Shown: positions 1 through 13,343, counted from the stretch's first letter. The stretch: DNA of 64,000 nucleotides from Octopus sinensis (GCF_006345805.1 NC_043009.1:1674001-1738000); one strand, 5' to 3'. The notes: generated by a model from the sequence alone, not told the origin. Program-made: numbers and translations.

Positions 1-65
1 CATACTTGACCCTGTCCAATCATTTAGGGACTGTTAAAGATTGCCTTTGTGTATTTTGTCTTGGG

Positions 66-118
66 CAGTGGTTCTCAACCAGGGTCCACAACATGTTTGG
101 GGTTCCATCTGCAATAAA
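66..118 (+). mobile_element. Left end of hAT(Charlie)-like MITE, truncated by a SINE
   Basis: Starts CAGTGGTTCTCAACCAGGGTCC, the same terminus as the complete element at 39950-40270; no right TIR found. Confidence 0.45.
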
Positions 119-121
119 TTG

Positions 122-290
122 CACAGGCATGGCTGTGCGGTAAGAAGCTTGCTTCTGAACCGCATGGTTCCTGGTTCAGTCCCACTGCATGGTACCTTGG
201 GCAAGTGTCCTCTGCTATAGCTTCGTGTTGACCAAGGCCTTGTGCATGGATTTGGTAGACGGAAACTGAAAGAACCCCATCGTATATTCT
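122..290 (+). mobile_element. tRNA-derived SINE family 1, 5' half (CORE-like central motif)
   Basis: GGCTGTGCGGTAAG A-box-like and GGTTCAGTCCC B-box-like motifs, then ACCTTGGGCAAGTG...GGAAACTGAAAGAA; more than 15 copies in the window. Confidence 0.75.
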
Positions 291-367
291 TTTATTTGTT
301 TCAGTCATTCAATTGTGGCCATGCTGGAGTACCGCTTGTTGGGGTTTTAGTCAAACAAATCAACTGG

Positions 368-535
368 TGCTGGTGTCATGCAAAAAGCACCTGGTACACA
401 CTGCAAAGTGGTTGGCATTAAGAAGGCATCCAGCCATAGAAACCAAGCCAAAATCAGACTATGGGATCTGGTTCAGCCTCTGACCTTGTCAAGCTATCCA
501 GCCCATGCCAGCACAGAAAACAAATATTAAATAAT
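368..535 (+). mobile_element. Decayed retroposon 3' tail (family 2, RTE-like tail)
   Basis: AAAAAGCACC...GTGGTTGGCATTAAGAAGGCATCCAGC...CCAGCCCATGCCAGCA, homologous to 25063-25245. Confidence 0.55.
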
Positions 536-800
536 TACGATATTAGATAAGGACTTTAATACTGTGACTTTTTTTCCTGTGACTTTATTACCGGTCACTG
601 ACCAGTGGACCTTTGTTGCCATGGAGATTTTGTGCCGCTGACTTTGAAATTATAGAAAGCAATCTGTGTGACAGCATGCGGTTAGTTCAAAAACATACAG
701 AGCAGTTAGCAACAAGCAAACCCTCATGAAAATGCAATTGACTACTCCACACCTCACTACCTAACATTGCTGGCCTTGTGCAATTATCCTCATCAGTGTG

Positions 801-844
801 AAGCAACATCTGTGGACCCAGAAACCGGTCCACAGATGTTGCTT
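801..844. other. Perfect 18-bp hairpin with 8-nt loop
   Basis: AAGCAACATCTGTGGACC-cagaaacc-GGTCCACAGATGTTGCTT. Confidence 0.9.
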
Positions 845-1489
845 TTGTACAATGTTTCCTAAGACTAAACAACAGTAATGACCATACTTTCCAGGACAAC
901 CAAATTCATCATCCAGCGTTTTAAATTCAGGTTTTGCCCCCGTTAATGGGAGTGGCCGGATCTACCTCAATGCCATAGCAACCTAAGTACGCAGGTGCAG
1001 CCCACCCCAACCTTTGGGCTGGCTGGTGCTCATTCTCCTTTGATATCATGAGGCCTTTTTGGAGCTGGATTTTCTACGGGGGTGGGGGGAGCATGGCCCT
1101 TGCTTACCCCCAACCTCAGTTTCTAGTCATGAGTGACCCCGAGAACATGATTTTTAAGAAATGTGGTGGAAAACTAACTCAGGAAGGCAGGGATGCTACT
1201 CCCTGAGATCCCTTTCGGAGCCCCCCATCCCTTCCCTATGTTGGGAAATAGTCTTTAAAGAATTGTTACTGAATGTCTGAGAAATTTAGAAATAATGTTT
1301 CTATTTAAAAGACATACAGATAAATAAAGAAACAAAATAAAAATAAAAAAATAAACAAAAACAATTCCATATATGGAAGGTGTGAGCAGATTGTTAGTTG
1401 CTGGTTTGTTCAGTGAAGCAATCAAATACTCTCTTATCAAGTGGGGTCTCCACTGGATATAAAATTGAAGAACCATATGTTTCTGAAAC

Positions 1490-1760
1490 CCACCACCACC
1501 ACCAACCACCACCACCACCACCACCAAATTTAAGGTCAGCTCTGTGTGTGTGTGTCCACCTACCCTCCAAATATAGGAGACAGCCTGTAATGATTAAGGA
1601 TGTAGGAATAGCAGAGTTGATTCAGTGGAAGGAATGGGGTACAATGAGAGAAGGACATCCATCCATCATCATCATCATCATCATCATCAATATTATCATG
1701 ACCATCATCATCACCACCATCACCATCACCACCACTATTACCCCCATCACCACTGTCACT
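1490..1760. repeat. (CCA)n and (CAT)n trinucleotide tracts
   Basis: Direct reading; these tracts produce the poly-H/P/I/T/D ORFs in the track. Confidence 0.85.
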
Positions 1761-1845
1761 GCCACACCTCATGAGCTAGTGATGGGAGCTTCACTGTGGC
1801 TACTTGACATGCTGGAAATAATAGTCAAAACTCGCTCAAACCGAG

Positions 1846-2230
1846 GTGTACCTATGGCTGTGCGGTAAGAAGTTTGCTTCGCAACCAAGTGGTTTCAAGT
1901 TCAGTCCCACTGCGTGTCATCTTGAGCTAGGGTTTTCAACTATAGTTCCTGGCTGACCAAAGCCTTGTGGGTAGATTTGATAGATGGAAACTGAAAGAAG
2001 CCCATCATGCATGTGTGTGTGTGTGGGGGGGGGAGGTTGTCTGTGTTTGTCCCCCAACCATTGATTGACAGGCAGTGTTGGTCACTTTACATCCCCATAA
2101 CTTAGCAGTTTAGCAAGAAAAAAAGGCTGATAGAATAAGTGTTAAACTGGTGTCAGTTTCTTTAACTAAACCCTTCAAGGTAGTGCCCCAGCATGGTCAT
2201 AGTCTAATGACAGAAACAAGTGGAAAACAA
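1846..2230 (+). mobile_element. SINE family 1, full length, CpG-decayed
   Basis: tRNA-like head, internal (TG)n, tail GTGCCCCAGCATGGTCATAGTC...GACAGAAACAAG. Confidence 0.8.
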
Positions 2231-2599
2231 AAGATTCCACTCAGTGACCATTTATTTCTCTGAACTCCACGTGGTACATTTGACAATATTTCAACCCTTT
2301 AGCATTCAAACCAGCCATATCCACCCTAACCTAAATATTCTACCAGTTTTGTTAAAACTATCTAGAACTGGCTCTCACACCTTAGCTACAAGATAAAGGG
2401 TATAGGATAAAGACCACAATGAACTGGAACAAATACCACAAGGCATCTAATCTTGTGTTCTTACAGTATGTTTGTTATTGACCCCTTGACCCTTAAAATG
2501 ATGAAAGGAAAAGTTCCCCTCAGTGGGATTTGAACTCAGAGCATCAAGTTTTAGTGCAATTATTGCATATACAAATTTAATATTTACATTGATCATAAT

Positions 2600-2830
2600 G
2601 CACCAAAGGGTGAAGACCCCCTTTCGTCATGAATGACCATAGAATTATACCTAGAAAGTTGCCCACTGTGGCATAACTCCAGGCAAGGTTGTTTATGGAA
2701 GACCAGCGGTTGCCCATGTATGCCAGCCTCCCCTCTCAATGCTATTGGTGTTATCCAAGGCAAAGGCAAAGGCCGATACAGTTTGGCACCAGTGATGTCA
2801 CAACTCATTTCAACGAATCTGGAGCATAAC
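2600..2830 (-). mobile_element. SINE/LINE-tail fragment
   Basis: CAAAGGCAAAGGCCGATACAGTTTGGCACC...CAACTCATTTC..CTGGAGCA; the end overlaps the motif of the minus-strand SINE at 39690-39912. Confidence 0.45.
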
Positions 2831-2902
2831 AATACTCTGTCCATAGCACTTACTCAACATTACCTGACACCTTTAGGGTCTTCTTGACACTATTACCTAT
2901 CG

Positions 2903-3215
2903 GGTGGAGGCACATGACCTAGTGGTTTGAGCAGCGGACTCACGGTCGAGGGGTCGCGTGTTTGAACCTCAGACCGGGTGATGTGTGTGTTTATAAGCAA
3001 AACACTTAAGCTCCACACGGCTCCAGCAGAAGGTAACGGCGAACTTCTGCTGACTATTTGGTCACAACTTTCTCTCACTCTTTTCTCCTGCATCTACCAT
3101 CTCACCTGCGACAGACCAGCGTCCCGTCCAGGTGGGGAACCCATACGCCAATGCAACCGAGAAACCGGCCCTTATGAGCCAGGCATAGCTCGAGAAGGAA
3201 CAAAAAACAAAACAT
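2903..3215 (+). mobile_element. tRNA-derived SINE with V-domain-like centre
   Basis: GACCTAGTGGTT A-box-like and GTTTGAACC B-box-like motifs, CCTGCGACAGACCAGCGTCCCGTCCAGG, A-rich tail followed by (TA)n. Confidence 0.7.
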
Positions 3216-3227
3216 TACCTCTCATAA

Positions 3228-3266
<39 letters not shown>

Positions 3267-3284
3267 GATGCCAAAATTGATCCT

Positions 3285-3480
3285 GCCTGTGGTGGTGCCA
3301 AGTCAAAAGTGCTGAGTCCACTCTGTGGAGTGCTTGGTGTTAAGAAGGGGATCCAGCCATAAAAATAATGCCAAAACAGACACAGAGGTCTGGTGCAGTC
3401 TTTGTCCTAGCCTGCCCTTATCAAACTGTCCAACCCATACCAGCATGGAAAGTGGATGCTAAATGGGGATGATGCTGATG
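3285..3480 (+). mobile_element. Retroposon 3' tail (family 2)
   Basis: ...TCCAACCCATACCAGCATGGAAAGTGGATGCTAAATGGGGATGATG. Confidence 0.6.
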
Positions 3481-3584
3481 TGTATGTGTATATATACTTA
3501 CCAAGAAACACACATACACACGCACACACATTCTCAAATTTAAAATCATTGGATGTGCAATTATAATTAAGGAAATTAAAAATC

Positions 3585-3890
3585 ATCTCTCTCTTTCACT
3601 ACCCCTCCCACCCAACCAATCTCTCTCTCTCTATCCCTTTCCTCCACCCTCTCACTCTCCTTCATTCTCCCATCTCTCCTCCCCCACACTCCCTCCTCTC
3701 CCCTCCCCACATCTTCTACCCCCACACTTTGTCCTTCTCGCTCCCCACACCTATTTCATTCAGTCTTTCCTCTCATTCACTCTCCCTACCCCCTCTCAGT
3801 CTTTCTTTCCCTACCCCTCTTATTCATTCTTTCTCTCTTCCTCTCTCCCTCTCACAATCTTTCTCTCCACCCACCCACCTGCCTCTTTCT
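3585..3890. repeat. CT-rich low-complexity tract
   Basis: Direct reading. Confidence 0.85.
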
Positions 3891-4309
3891 ATAGAATTGT
3901 TCCATTCTATTTAAATGTCCCCTGGGAGAGTTTCCCTGACCTCACCACATTTCCTTCCCAGCTTCATTGTCTCAACAGTGTCAGCCATTTGGGTATTTAT
4001 GTGTGCAAAGTGTGTATGCATGCAAATAGCGTACATGTATATGTATGTGTATGTGTGTGTATGTATGTATGTGTACAAAGTGTGTCTGCAAAGTATGTGT
4101 ATGTCTGTGCATGTTTGCATATTTGCAAGAATTGTTGGTTAAAGTAAAACTTCACGAGGAAGTTATCGATCGAGACTAAATATTCTGAGGGTTTGGGAGA
4201 AGTGACAGGACTGCTGGATGAAAATGCCTTACTTGTGAGTGTAAAAGGTTCAAATCTAACCCGGAAGTGAAACTTGGCTGTTAAATCGAGGGGCCTACTT
4301 TTTAGTGGT

Positions 4310-4692
4310 GCAGGAGTGGCTGTGTGGTAAGTAGCTTGCTTACCAATCACATGGTTCCGGGTTCAGTCCCACTGCGTGGCACCCTGGGCAAGTGTCTTCT
4401 ACTATAGCCTCGGGCTGACCAAAGCCTTGTGAGTGGATTTCATAGATGGAAACTGAAAGAAGCCCATTGTATATATGTATATGTGTGTGTGTGTGTGTCT
4501 GTTCCTTCAACATCGCTTGACAACTGATGCTGGTGCCTTTACGCCCCCGTAACTTAGCAGTTCGGCAAAAGATACCAATAGAATAAGTACTAGGCTTACA
4601 AAGAATAAGTCCTGGGGTCGATTTGCTCGACTAAAGGCGGTGCTCCAGCATGGCCACAGTCAGATGACTGAAACAAGGAAAAGTGTAAAAGA
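4310..4692 (+). mobile_element. SINE family 1, full length, relatively young
   Basis: Head GCAGGAGTGGCTGTGTGGTAAG to tail GGCGGTGCTCCAGCATGGCCACAGTC...GACTGAAACAAG. Confidence 0.85.
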
Positions 4693-4762
4693 ATATATAT
4701 TTAAGAGAGACTTCCAAGCTAATGCATCAGTTATTGATGATGATGATGTGAGTGTGTGCATA

Positions 4763-5504
4763 CAAAATGGTATCAAGAACTTCCCAGAGTAGTCCTGTAG
4801 TGTGCCAATATATGGCAGCACATGGTTGAGTGCACAATGAGAGCTAGCAGTGACATTCACAAGGCAGTGTGTTGAGTGATATCGCTGGGTGTACTTCATA
4901 AGTTGTGAAATTTGTGTTTTTCTGATCAAGTATATGCTGTAGTCTGCAATTTTTATCATGGACAGAAAGTTGAAACAAAGAGCCAATGTGAAATTTTGCG
5001 TTAAACTTGGCAAGTCTGCTACAGAAACATTGAGCATGTGTTGGTAAGCTTATGGTCATGAAGCATTGAGTGGATTGGGCACTTCAAAAGCGGAAGAACT
5101 GTCTGCGGAAGATGATGAGTGAACTGGAAGACCTTCAAAGGAGATGATGATAGAACTTAGGTAAATAAGTTATTTTTTATTACATGTAGCTGGCTCTATT
5201 AAACATAGCCGGTTCTATTAAACGTAGCCAGTTCTATTAAATGTGGCCAGTTCTATTAAACATGGCCGGTTCTATTAAACGTAGCCAGTTCTATTAAATG
5301 TGGCCAGTTCTATTAAACGTAGCCGGTTCTATTAAACGTAGCCAGTTCTATTAAATGTGGCCAGTTCTATTAAACATGGCCGGTTCTATTAAATGTGGCC
5401 AGTTCTATTAAACATAGCCGGTTCTATCAAATGTAGCTGGCTCTATTAAATATAATTAGTTTTATTAAATGTAATTAGTCTGGGAACTTTTTGATACTAC
5501 CTCG
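4763..5504 (+). mobile_element. Internally deleted mariner element
   Basis: TA-flanked TIRs (GGTATCAAGAACTTCCCAGA / TCTGGGAACTTTTTGATACTACCTCG) and N-terminal transposase remnant MDRKLKQRANVKFCVKLGKSATETLSM at ~4958-5040; same family as 31494-32236. Confidence 0.8.
5186..5475. repeat. 19-bp minisatellite, ~15 copies, inside the mariner
   Basis: Unit YRTRGCCRGTTCTATTAAA repeated head to tail. Confidence 0.95.
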
Positions 5505-6499
5505 TATATCCTCTATTTCTTTACTTGTTTCAGTCATTTGACTACGGCCATGCTGGGGCACCGCCTTGAAGAATCTTTTTTAAGCCTGGTACTTATTCTA
5601 TCAGTTTCTTTTGCCAGACTGCTAAGTTACAGGGATGTAAACACACCAACACTGGTTGTCAGTTGGTGTTGTGGGATTTGAAAGCATAACACAAAGAACT
5701 GGAACAAATACAAGGCATCTAATCTAGTGTTTTTGCAGCTTTACCACTAGTCTGGATTGGTATGTTTGTTATTGACTACTTGACCCCTAAAATGATGAAA
5801 GGAAAAATTCACCTCAGTGGGATTTGAACTCAGAGCATCAAGCTTCAGTACAAATATTGCACATACAAATTTAATATTTACATTGATCATAAGATCACTT
5901 ATCACTATGTGTGAGCATTTTTGAAAGTGAGTGTGTGTGTGTGAGTTTGCGTTTAGTGCCGAAAAGTACTGTCACCAAAACATGCTTAAAATCCAGTCAG
6001 TCATGCCAAATCCTCATTCTCCAAAGAGCTGCGTCCAATCAACTCCTAAATCCAAGATCTACTTCCTTGTACTTTGTACTTGCGATAGCATTCATCCGGG
6101 ATGGGTCAAGCTGACTGACCAACGAACTCACCACGTACCTCACAAGTGCTGACCACATCTGACTGTCAGCTGCAGTCGAGGCTGTAATAGATACTCACTC
6201 CCGGTTCCAATGCCAGAGACCAAAGATGTGGGGGCCAAACTGTGCTTTCACATCTGCCTTTAAATCCAATATCCAAACCTTATGATCGAAACTAGACAGA
6301 CAGGAACTGTGCAGAAGCTCGTTGTATGGGTGGTATCTATAATACAAAGTTATAGGATTTAAGCTTTAAGGTTAAACGTGTCTGTGGAATACTCAACCAA
6401 CTCCACAGTAATTTAATGTGGGGGTTGATCCATAGATTAAAGAATTGGTAGATTGGTCGACAGAAGAAGGAGATTGTGTTTCTCCTTGTTTTTACTTGT

Positions 6500-6870
6500 G
6501 TGGTATGGTGTTGCGCATGTGTTTGTGTGCTTGCTTGTGTGTGTGCAGGTATATGCATGATGCTATGTATAGGTTTGTGGTGCATGTGTGTGCTTAAGTG
6601 TATGTGGTGCATGTGTGTGTGTGTGATGTGTGTGTGATGTGTGTTTGATGCATTGTGTGGTGTGAGGAGTGATGCATGTGGCTGTGATGTGCATGTGTAC
6701 ATTTGGGTGTGGTGTGTACATGTATGTGAGTGTGATGCATGTGGGTGTGAAGTACATGTGCATATGTGCGCATGTGGGATATGATGTATGACAAGGGTGA
6801 TGTGGACACGTGCTTCATGTGTGCGCGTATGTACATGTTATGTGTGCATGCACATGCATGCATGTCTCTT
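6500..6870. repeat. Degenerate TG/ATG-rich microsatellite
   Basis: Direct reading. Confidence 0.8.
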
Positions 6871-7273
6871 GCTCCTCATAATTCTTATCCACTTCATCAC
6901 CCACCCCCTCTCCCCCTCTCCCTCTTCATTCTGCAGAATCCCTCTCTGTTCCAATATATCTTTTATTATTCACATTACTTTTACTTTTTGCTCCATGGTG
7001 AACTCTACAAACCTACATCACTTGCTCCTACTCTCTCTCTCTCTCTCTCTCTCCCCATCACCCTTCCTTCTCTCCGTCCCCCCCCCGTCTTCACTCTTTC
7101 TCCCCACCCACACCACTGTCCATCCATTTATCTTTCAATCTATCTCGTTGACCTTTTCAAGTATCAACACACTGACCACTTTATTAATGCACACACATTC
7201 ATAGTTGTACATGTGCGTATGTATGTATGTATGTATGTATATATATATATATATATATTTATTATATAGAAGG

Positions 7274-7324
7274 AGCTTCTACAGGACTAGAACTGTTTCA
7301 TTCAAGAGAAATCTTCAGGAAGCT
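7274..7324 (-). ncRNA. Type I hammerhead ribozyme motif (family A)
   Basis: Reverse complement reads AGCTTC-CTGAAGA-tTTCtcttGAAt-GAAA-CAG-ttctagtc-CTG-TA-GAAGCT. Confidence 0.7.
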
Positions 7325-7921
7325 AGTTAACAAGAATTGTATTGGCATTTATACATTTAGGCAGGTTTAAAGGGGTGTTCGTGGGGGACTTTTTGGGGGT
7401 AGGCATAGCACAAAATATCATACTTGGGGGAGTGGTCAAGGAGTCAGTGTTAAATTAGATAGAAGAATAAATAAAAAAATAAAAAAATATATGAAAAAAT
7501 ATATAAAAATATATATAAAAAAAGGGAATAGAGTTTTAGGTAAATAAGGAGATTCTCACTTATACCTATGCACATATGTATACATATATCACACAATACA
7601 AACATATATACATATACATACACACATACGTACCACACACATACATATATATACACTTACACATACATATACATATCTACACATACACATGTATACATAC
7701 ACACACTCACATGCATACACGTTACACAACATGTATAATACACACACGACCACACATAATATAACACACAGAAAAATATATATACACATACACACACATA
7801 CTCACATACACGCATACACACACATATCCACACACACATATGCAAACACAGCACACTAGTCCCTATATACACATATATACACATACACACACACATACAC
7901 ACACATATACATATACATAAC

Positions 7922-7953
<32 letters not shown>

Positions 7954-8421
7954 ATATATATATATACATATGTGTACCTATGCATACCTACACATACACA
8001 CATAATATACACATAAAATACAGACCATTCCCTAATTTTATTTTATTATCTTCATTTATTACTTTTGTTATCTTTGATCACTGGTCAAAAACATCTTGGC
8101 TATGACAGCCAGTCCATTTATCTGTCTACTGGAAAACAAGCACTCATTTACTCACGCACACTCTTAGCATGTACACTCACTCATTCGCACACTCATACAC
8201 ATACACGCACGCACGCGTTATATTCATACATACATACATCTACATACATTCACGTATATACACATACGTACGCGTACTACAGATTCATGTCTACACTCTT
8301 AGAAGGCTAGTCTATACATATACACCAATAAATATAAATACACACACATACATATACACCTACATACAAATACATACATGTATATATATATATACAATAT
8401 TACATATTCACATATATATAC

Positions 8422-8456
<35 letters not shown>

Positions 8457-8860
8457 ACATATACATACATATACACATATATATATATATATATACATAT
8501 ACATACATATACACATTAATATATTATATACATCTACATACATATATACAATATATATATATATATATAACATAACATACACATATATATATATATATAT
8601 ACATATACATACATATACACATATACATATATATATATACATATACACACACACATACATACATATACACACATACACATACATACGTATACATACATAC
8701 ATACATCCATACATGCATACATTTATACATCCATACATACATACATACATTTATACACATACACACACCCACACGTATACATATACGTACATATATATAC
8801 GCGCATGCATGCACATACAAATACATACACATATGCATATACATATACATACAGACACAT

Positions 8861-8909
<49 letters not shown>

Positions 8910-9625
8910 CACACATACATATACATACATACATATACAAATATACGCACACACATACATACTCATATACACATACACGCACATACACATGTACAGGCGT
9001 ACCATACCACACACACACGCGCGCATCCATATATACACATAAGTACACACATGCGTAAAAGTATACATATATCTATGCTTACACATACACACACACACAC
9101 GTGCCTCCTTATATTCATACTTATGCATACTCAAAAAATAAGTAAATAGTAAAATATATATACGCGCAGTTATTCATACATGCATACTCAAAAAATAAAT
9201 AATAAATATTAAGTATATGTACGTGCAGTTACCTATTATATAGACGGATACATACATATAAACTACACACATATATATATATATATTATATATATATATA
9301 ATATATATAATATATACAATATACACACATATATATACATATAACATATACACATATATTACACACACATATACACATATATATATATATACATACTACT
9401 ACAACATGTACAAATACATACACACATAGATAACTCTACGTACCTACATATACATAAACACACGAGCGTACACGTATATGTACATACATACATACACATA
9501 CACACGCATATATACACACACACACATACACGCATATATACACACACACACATACACATACAGACATATATACACACACACACATACACATACACACATA
9601 TATACACACACATACACATACACAC

Positions 9626-9660
<35 letters not shown>

Positions 9661-9665
9661 CATAC

Positions 9666-9700
<35 letters not shown>

Positions 9701-9772
9701 TATACATGTGTGCAAACATACATACATACTCATACACGCACAAACACTTACATGTACATATATACCACACTT

Positions 9773-9810
<38 letters not shown>

Positions 9811-10125
9811 ATATAATATATATATATACACACATATATACATATAACATATACACATATTATACACACAACATATACAATATATATATATATATACATA
9901 CTTACAACAGTACAAATACATACACACATAGATAACTCTACGTACCTACATATACATAAACACACGAGCGTACACGTATATGTACATACATACATACACA
10001 TACACACGCATATATACACACACACACATACACGCATATTACAACACACACACATACACTACAGACATATATACACACACACACATACACATACACACAT
10101 ATATACACACAACACACATACACAC

Positions 10126-10156
<31 letters not shown>

Positions 10157-10768
10157 ATATACAACATAATTATATATATACACACATATACACACACATA
10201 TACCATGTGTGCAAACATACATACATACTCATACACGCACAAACACTTACATGTACAATATACACACATTACACACTATATACATACACATATACATATC
10301 ATACAATACATACATATATGCATACATACACACACACATATATATATACATACATACACACACACATATATATATACATACATACACATACATATACATA
10401 TATATACACACATATATACACATGCACATACTTATATCTCTACATACTCGCATATACATATATATATATATACACACACATACATATACCTATATACATG
10501 TATATATACACACATATATATACGCATCTACAGTTTGTATCTACACTCACATACATGCACATACACATAACTCTACATACCTACATATACATCGACATAC
10601 TCGTGTACGCTCATATATATACACATATATACATATACACACACACATACATATACATATACATATATATATATATAAATATATACATAATACACATATA
10701 CACACACACATACATATACATATACATATATATATATATAAATATATACATAATACACATATACACAC

Positions 10769-10801
<33 letters not shown>

Positions 10802-10828
10802 TGCATACACACACACACACACATACAT

Positions 10829-10988
10829 ATCATCATCATCATCATCATTTAACGTCCGCCTTCCATGCTAGCATGGGTTGGACGGTTCAACTGGGGTCTG
10901 GGGAGCCCGAAAGCTGCACCAGTCCAGTCAGATCTGGCAGTGTTTCTACAGCTGGATGCCCTTCCTAACGCCAACCACTCCGAGAGTG
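10829..10988 (-). mobile_element. 5'-truncated retroposon (family 2) with (GAT)n tail, left arm only
   Basis: (CAT)n-TTAACGTCCGCCTTCCATGCTAGCATGGGTTGGACGG...; absent at the mirror position (~14290). Confidence 0.8.
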
Positions 10989-11396
10989 TATATATATATA
11001 TACATATACATACATACACACATACATACATGTACATATACATATACATACACATATATACACACACATACATATATCAACAATTGAGGGTAAAGTTAAT
11101 TAGTTATTAATCAATTTCACCAAGTATTCAGTATGTAAAAGGACCATTATTTTTTTGAATAAATAATGTCTGAGGGAAAATATTCTCTAAGTAGTGGAAG
11201 AGGCTAAAAAACTTTTTTGGCTGCTATTTCTAGAAAGTTCAGTGTGTGGCAAAGTAATTTATTTTACTAAGCCCTAATTTATAATATTTTATACATACAT
11301 ACACATACATACACACATACATATACACATACATATGCATACATACATATATACACATATACATATATACATATATATACACACACACACACACGC

Positions 11397-11432
<36 letters not shown>

Positions 11433-11613
11433 ATACATACACACACACACACATAATACATGCGTATATTCCTACTATACCCATACATTTCTATACATAT
11501 ATACGATACACATATACAAGCGTGCACATACAATATTTGAAAGGTCTTAGGAGAAAAGGTAATCGGGGTGCTAGGGGAACGGTGGATTGGGGGGGTTTGT
11601 GGGTGGGGTGTCA

Positions 11614-13343
11614 TCAATCTGGTTGCCGGGTAGGTCTATAGTTCTTGTAGTTCGCATACTTCTTATGCATGCAATTTGGGGAGTGTTCTGAGATTTTGTT
11701 AAGGAGAGGGCCTTTGGCGAACAAGATCTCTAGGCTCTCCGATATGCAGAGGTCACAGCAGGTATGGCTCCTGTGTACGAGCGCGCCTTCTGTAGTAGTT
11801 TCCACTTGGTCTTGAAGGGGATGGAGTTCCTTTAAGGGTACCAGATGTGGGCGGCGAGGGTAGTTTGGTTGGATTTATCCTGTCGCCGGAACGAGTGTGT
11901 GTGTGCGTACCAACGGGTCTTAAAGCTGTTTGACGTCATTCCGAGATGTAGGATTTTCTTTTATCGTCAGGGCCTGATCTTACCTCGCATGTATACTAGG
12001 TCCCTCTGTAGGCAGTTGTTGTTGAGGGGGCAGGTGGTTTTATCAGGGCAGTTGCAATTGCTATCGGACGTTGGATGGGCCTCGGAAAAAGTAGATATGT
12101 TAAGTTTTTTCACATTGTTGTTGGCTAGGTTCCTGGCTAGATGGGGGTGGTAGAGTAGGAGAGTCTAATAGTGTTCTTATTAGGATAGTGTAGTACTTAT
12201 GTTGGGTGGGAAGTGTTTCTGTAGGAGAGTGAAGAAGATTTTAGCTACAGGTGTGTAGCGACCTCACGGTTGAAGGGGAGTTGTACCAGCTAATGTGTCT
12301 TCGTCTATTTTTCCTGGGTTGGCATGGGGCTATACTAGTATAGGTAATCTTATCTTTAAAGCCACTGCGGGCAGGGCCTCGTTGTAATAGGGGGCTGCGG
12401 CCTTAAAGATATCTTCCGTGGCGGACAGGCTAGAAATTCTAATTGAGACACTTTTTACTAGGTTATCTAATATATTTTTGGGGTGGTTGGAATTAATATC
12501 TATATATCTAAGGGATTCATTGGTTTGGTGGTACGGGTAATAAAGTGAGGTTTTTAAGTCGAGGGTGACATCAAGGAAGTTAGCTTTTGTTAAGTTGGGT
12601 TCTAAGGTAATCCTAAGGCCTAAGTTTTTAAAGAAGGTGTAAAGATTTTTCCGGAACCCATCCGTGGTCCTGGGGTTATTTTGTGGAGGGCAAAAAAGGC
12701 CGTCATCGCGGGGTAAAGACCACCGGAGAGGCCTGTGAATAGGGTTTTCAGCCTATGGAGGATGAAAAGGCCCACTAGGTCACTTATTTCAGCAGAGTCG
12801 TTAGCACCCATGCTGACGTCGAAGGGGGGTCACAGATTTTTTGTTGATCCAGTGGGATCCGTCATAGAAAAGAAAAGTCTTACGTGCGTGGAGGATCACA
12901 TCTTGCTCGGCCTCGGTGATGGTGGAGGACTCCTGGCGAAGTTAATCGCGTCGATCAGCAAGCTCTCGATATGGAGGGGCGTAGTAATCCTCGATATCCA
13001 GTTGTAGGAATCGGGTGTTGCTTTTGTCAGGTAAATCCCGGAACCAGGTTATTGCCTCGGAGGTCCTATCCAGAGTGGTGGAAGGGGTGAAGCTTCACGC
13101 ATTTTTGGTAAAATCCTGTCCAGGATCTTCTTGCTGACGGATCCGATGTCAGACTTGGTTGGGTTAATCAAACGGACCGACGGTTTATTTTCGAAATGGT
13201 CTTTTTGTGGTCTTCAGGGTGAAGTGTGGGGACTTCACCCTCAGGGTTCAGTTCGGTCATCGATTTTAAGGGAGGTGGCAATCTCTTCCCGGCTAAGTTG
13301 GTTTCAGTTAGCGCTGCGTCGTCCACTTTCTTGTACTTAGCTG
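11614..13343 (-). pseudogene. Penelope-like reverse transcriptase plus C-terminal GIY-YIG endonuclease, 5'-truncated and frameshifted
   Basis: Across frames: DHFENKPSVRLINPTKSDIGSVSKKILDRI; FDVSMGANDSAEISDLVGLFIL...GGLY/RDDG; CNCPDKTTCPLNNNCLQRDLVY...SYI/GMTSNSFKTRWYAHTHSFR...HIWYLK...CDLCISE...LLNKISE...CMH; stop at 11614. Confidence 0.9.

Larger units (their letters stand above)
7257..11912 (-). repeat. Left inverted arm (PLE 3' end plus microsatellite-rich 3' extension)
   Basis: Reverse complement of 13344-17823; additionally carries a ~500 bp tandem duplication (9395-10290) and a retroposon insertion (10829-10988). Confidence 0.9.

Noticed and set aside
122-200. tRNA-like heads of SINEs as tRNA genes
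   Set aside because: They have A/B-box-like motifs but no complete cloverleaf, and each continues into SINE body sequence.
3895-3992. Possible + strand exon after the CT tract (IVPFYLNVPWESFPDLTTFPSQLHCLNSVSHL, faintly LRR-like)
   Set aside because: The donor is weak, the polypyrimidine tract is just a microsatellite, and there are no supporting neighbouring exons; it needs RNA-seq.
5186-5475. CRISPR-like appearance of the 19-bp array (and of the 60-bp units at 15.9-16.2 kb)
   Set aside because: Units are contiguous with no unique spacers, there are no cas genes, and the context is eukaryotic transposons.
7450-11110. Dozens of long Y/I/H/T/C/V/M-rich ORFs (also 14172-17630, 27645-28154, 46134-46952, 48947-50134, 57069-57754)
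   Set aside because: They are translations of (TA)/(CA)/(TATC) microsatellites that lack stop codons in some frames; no protein signal.
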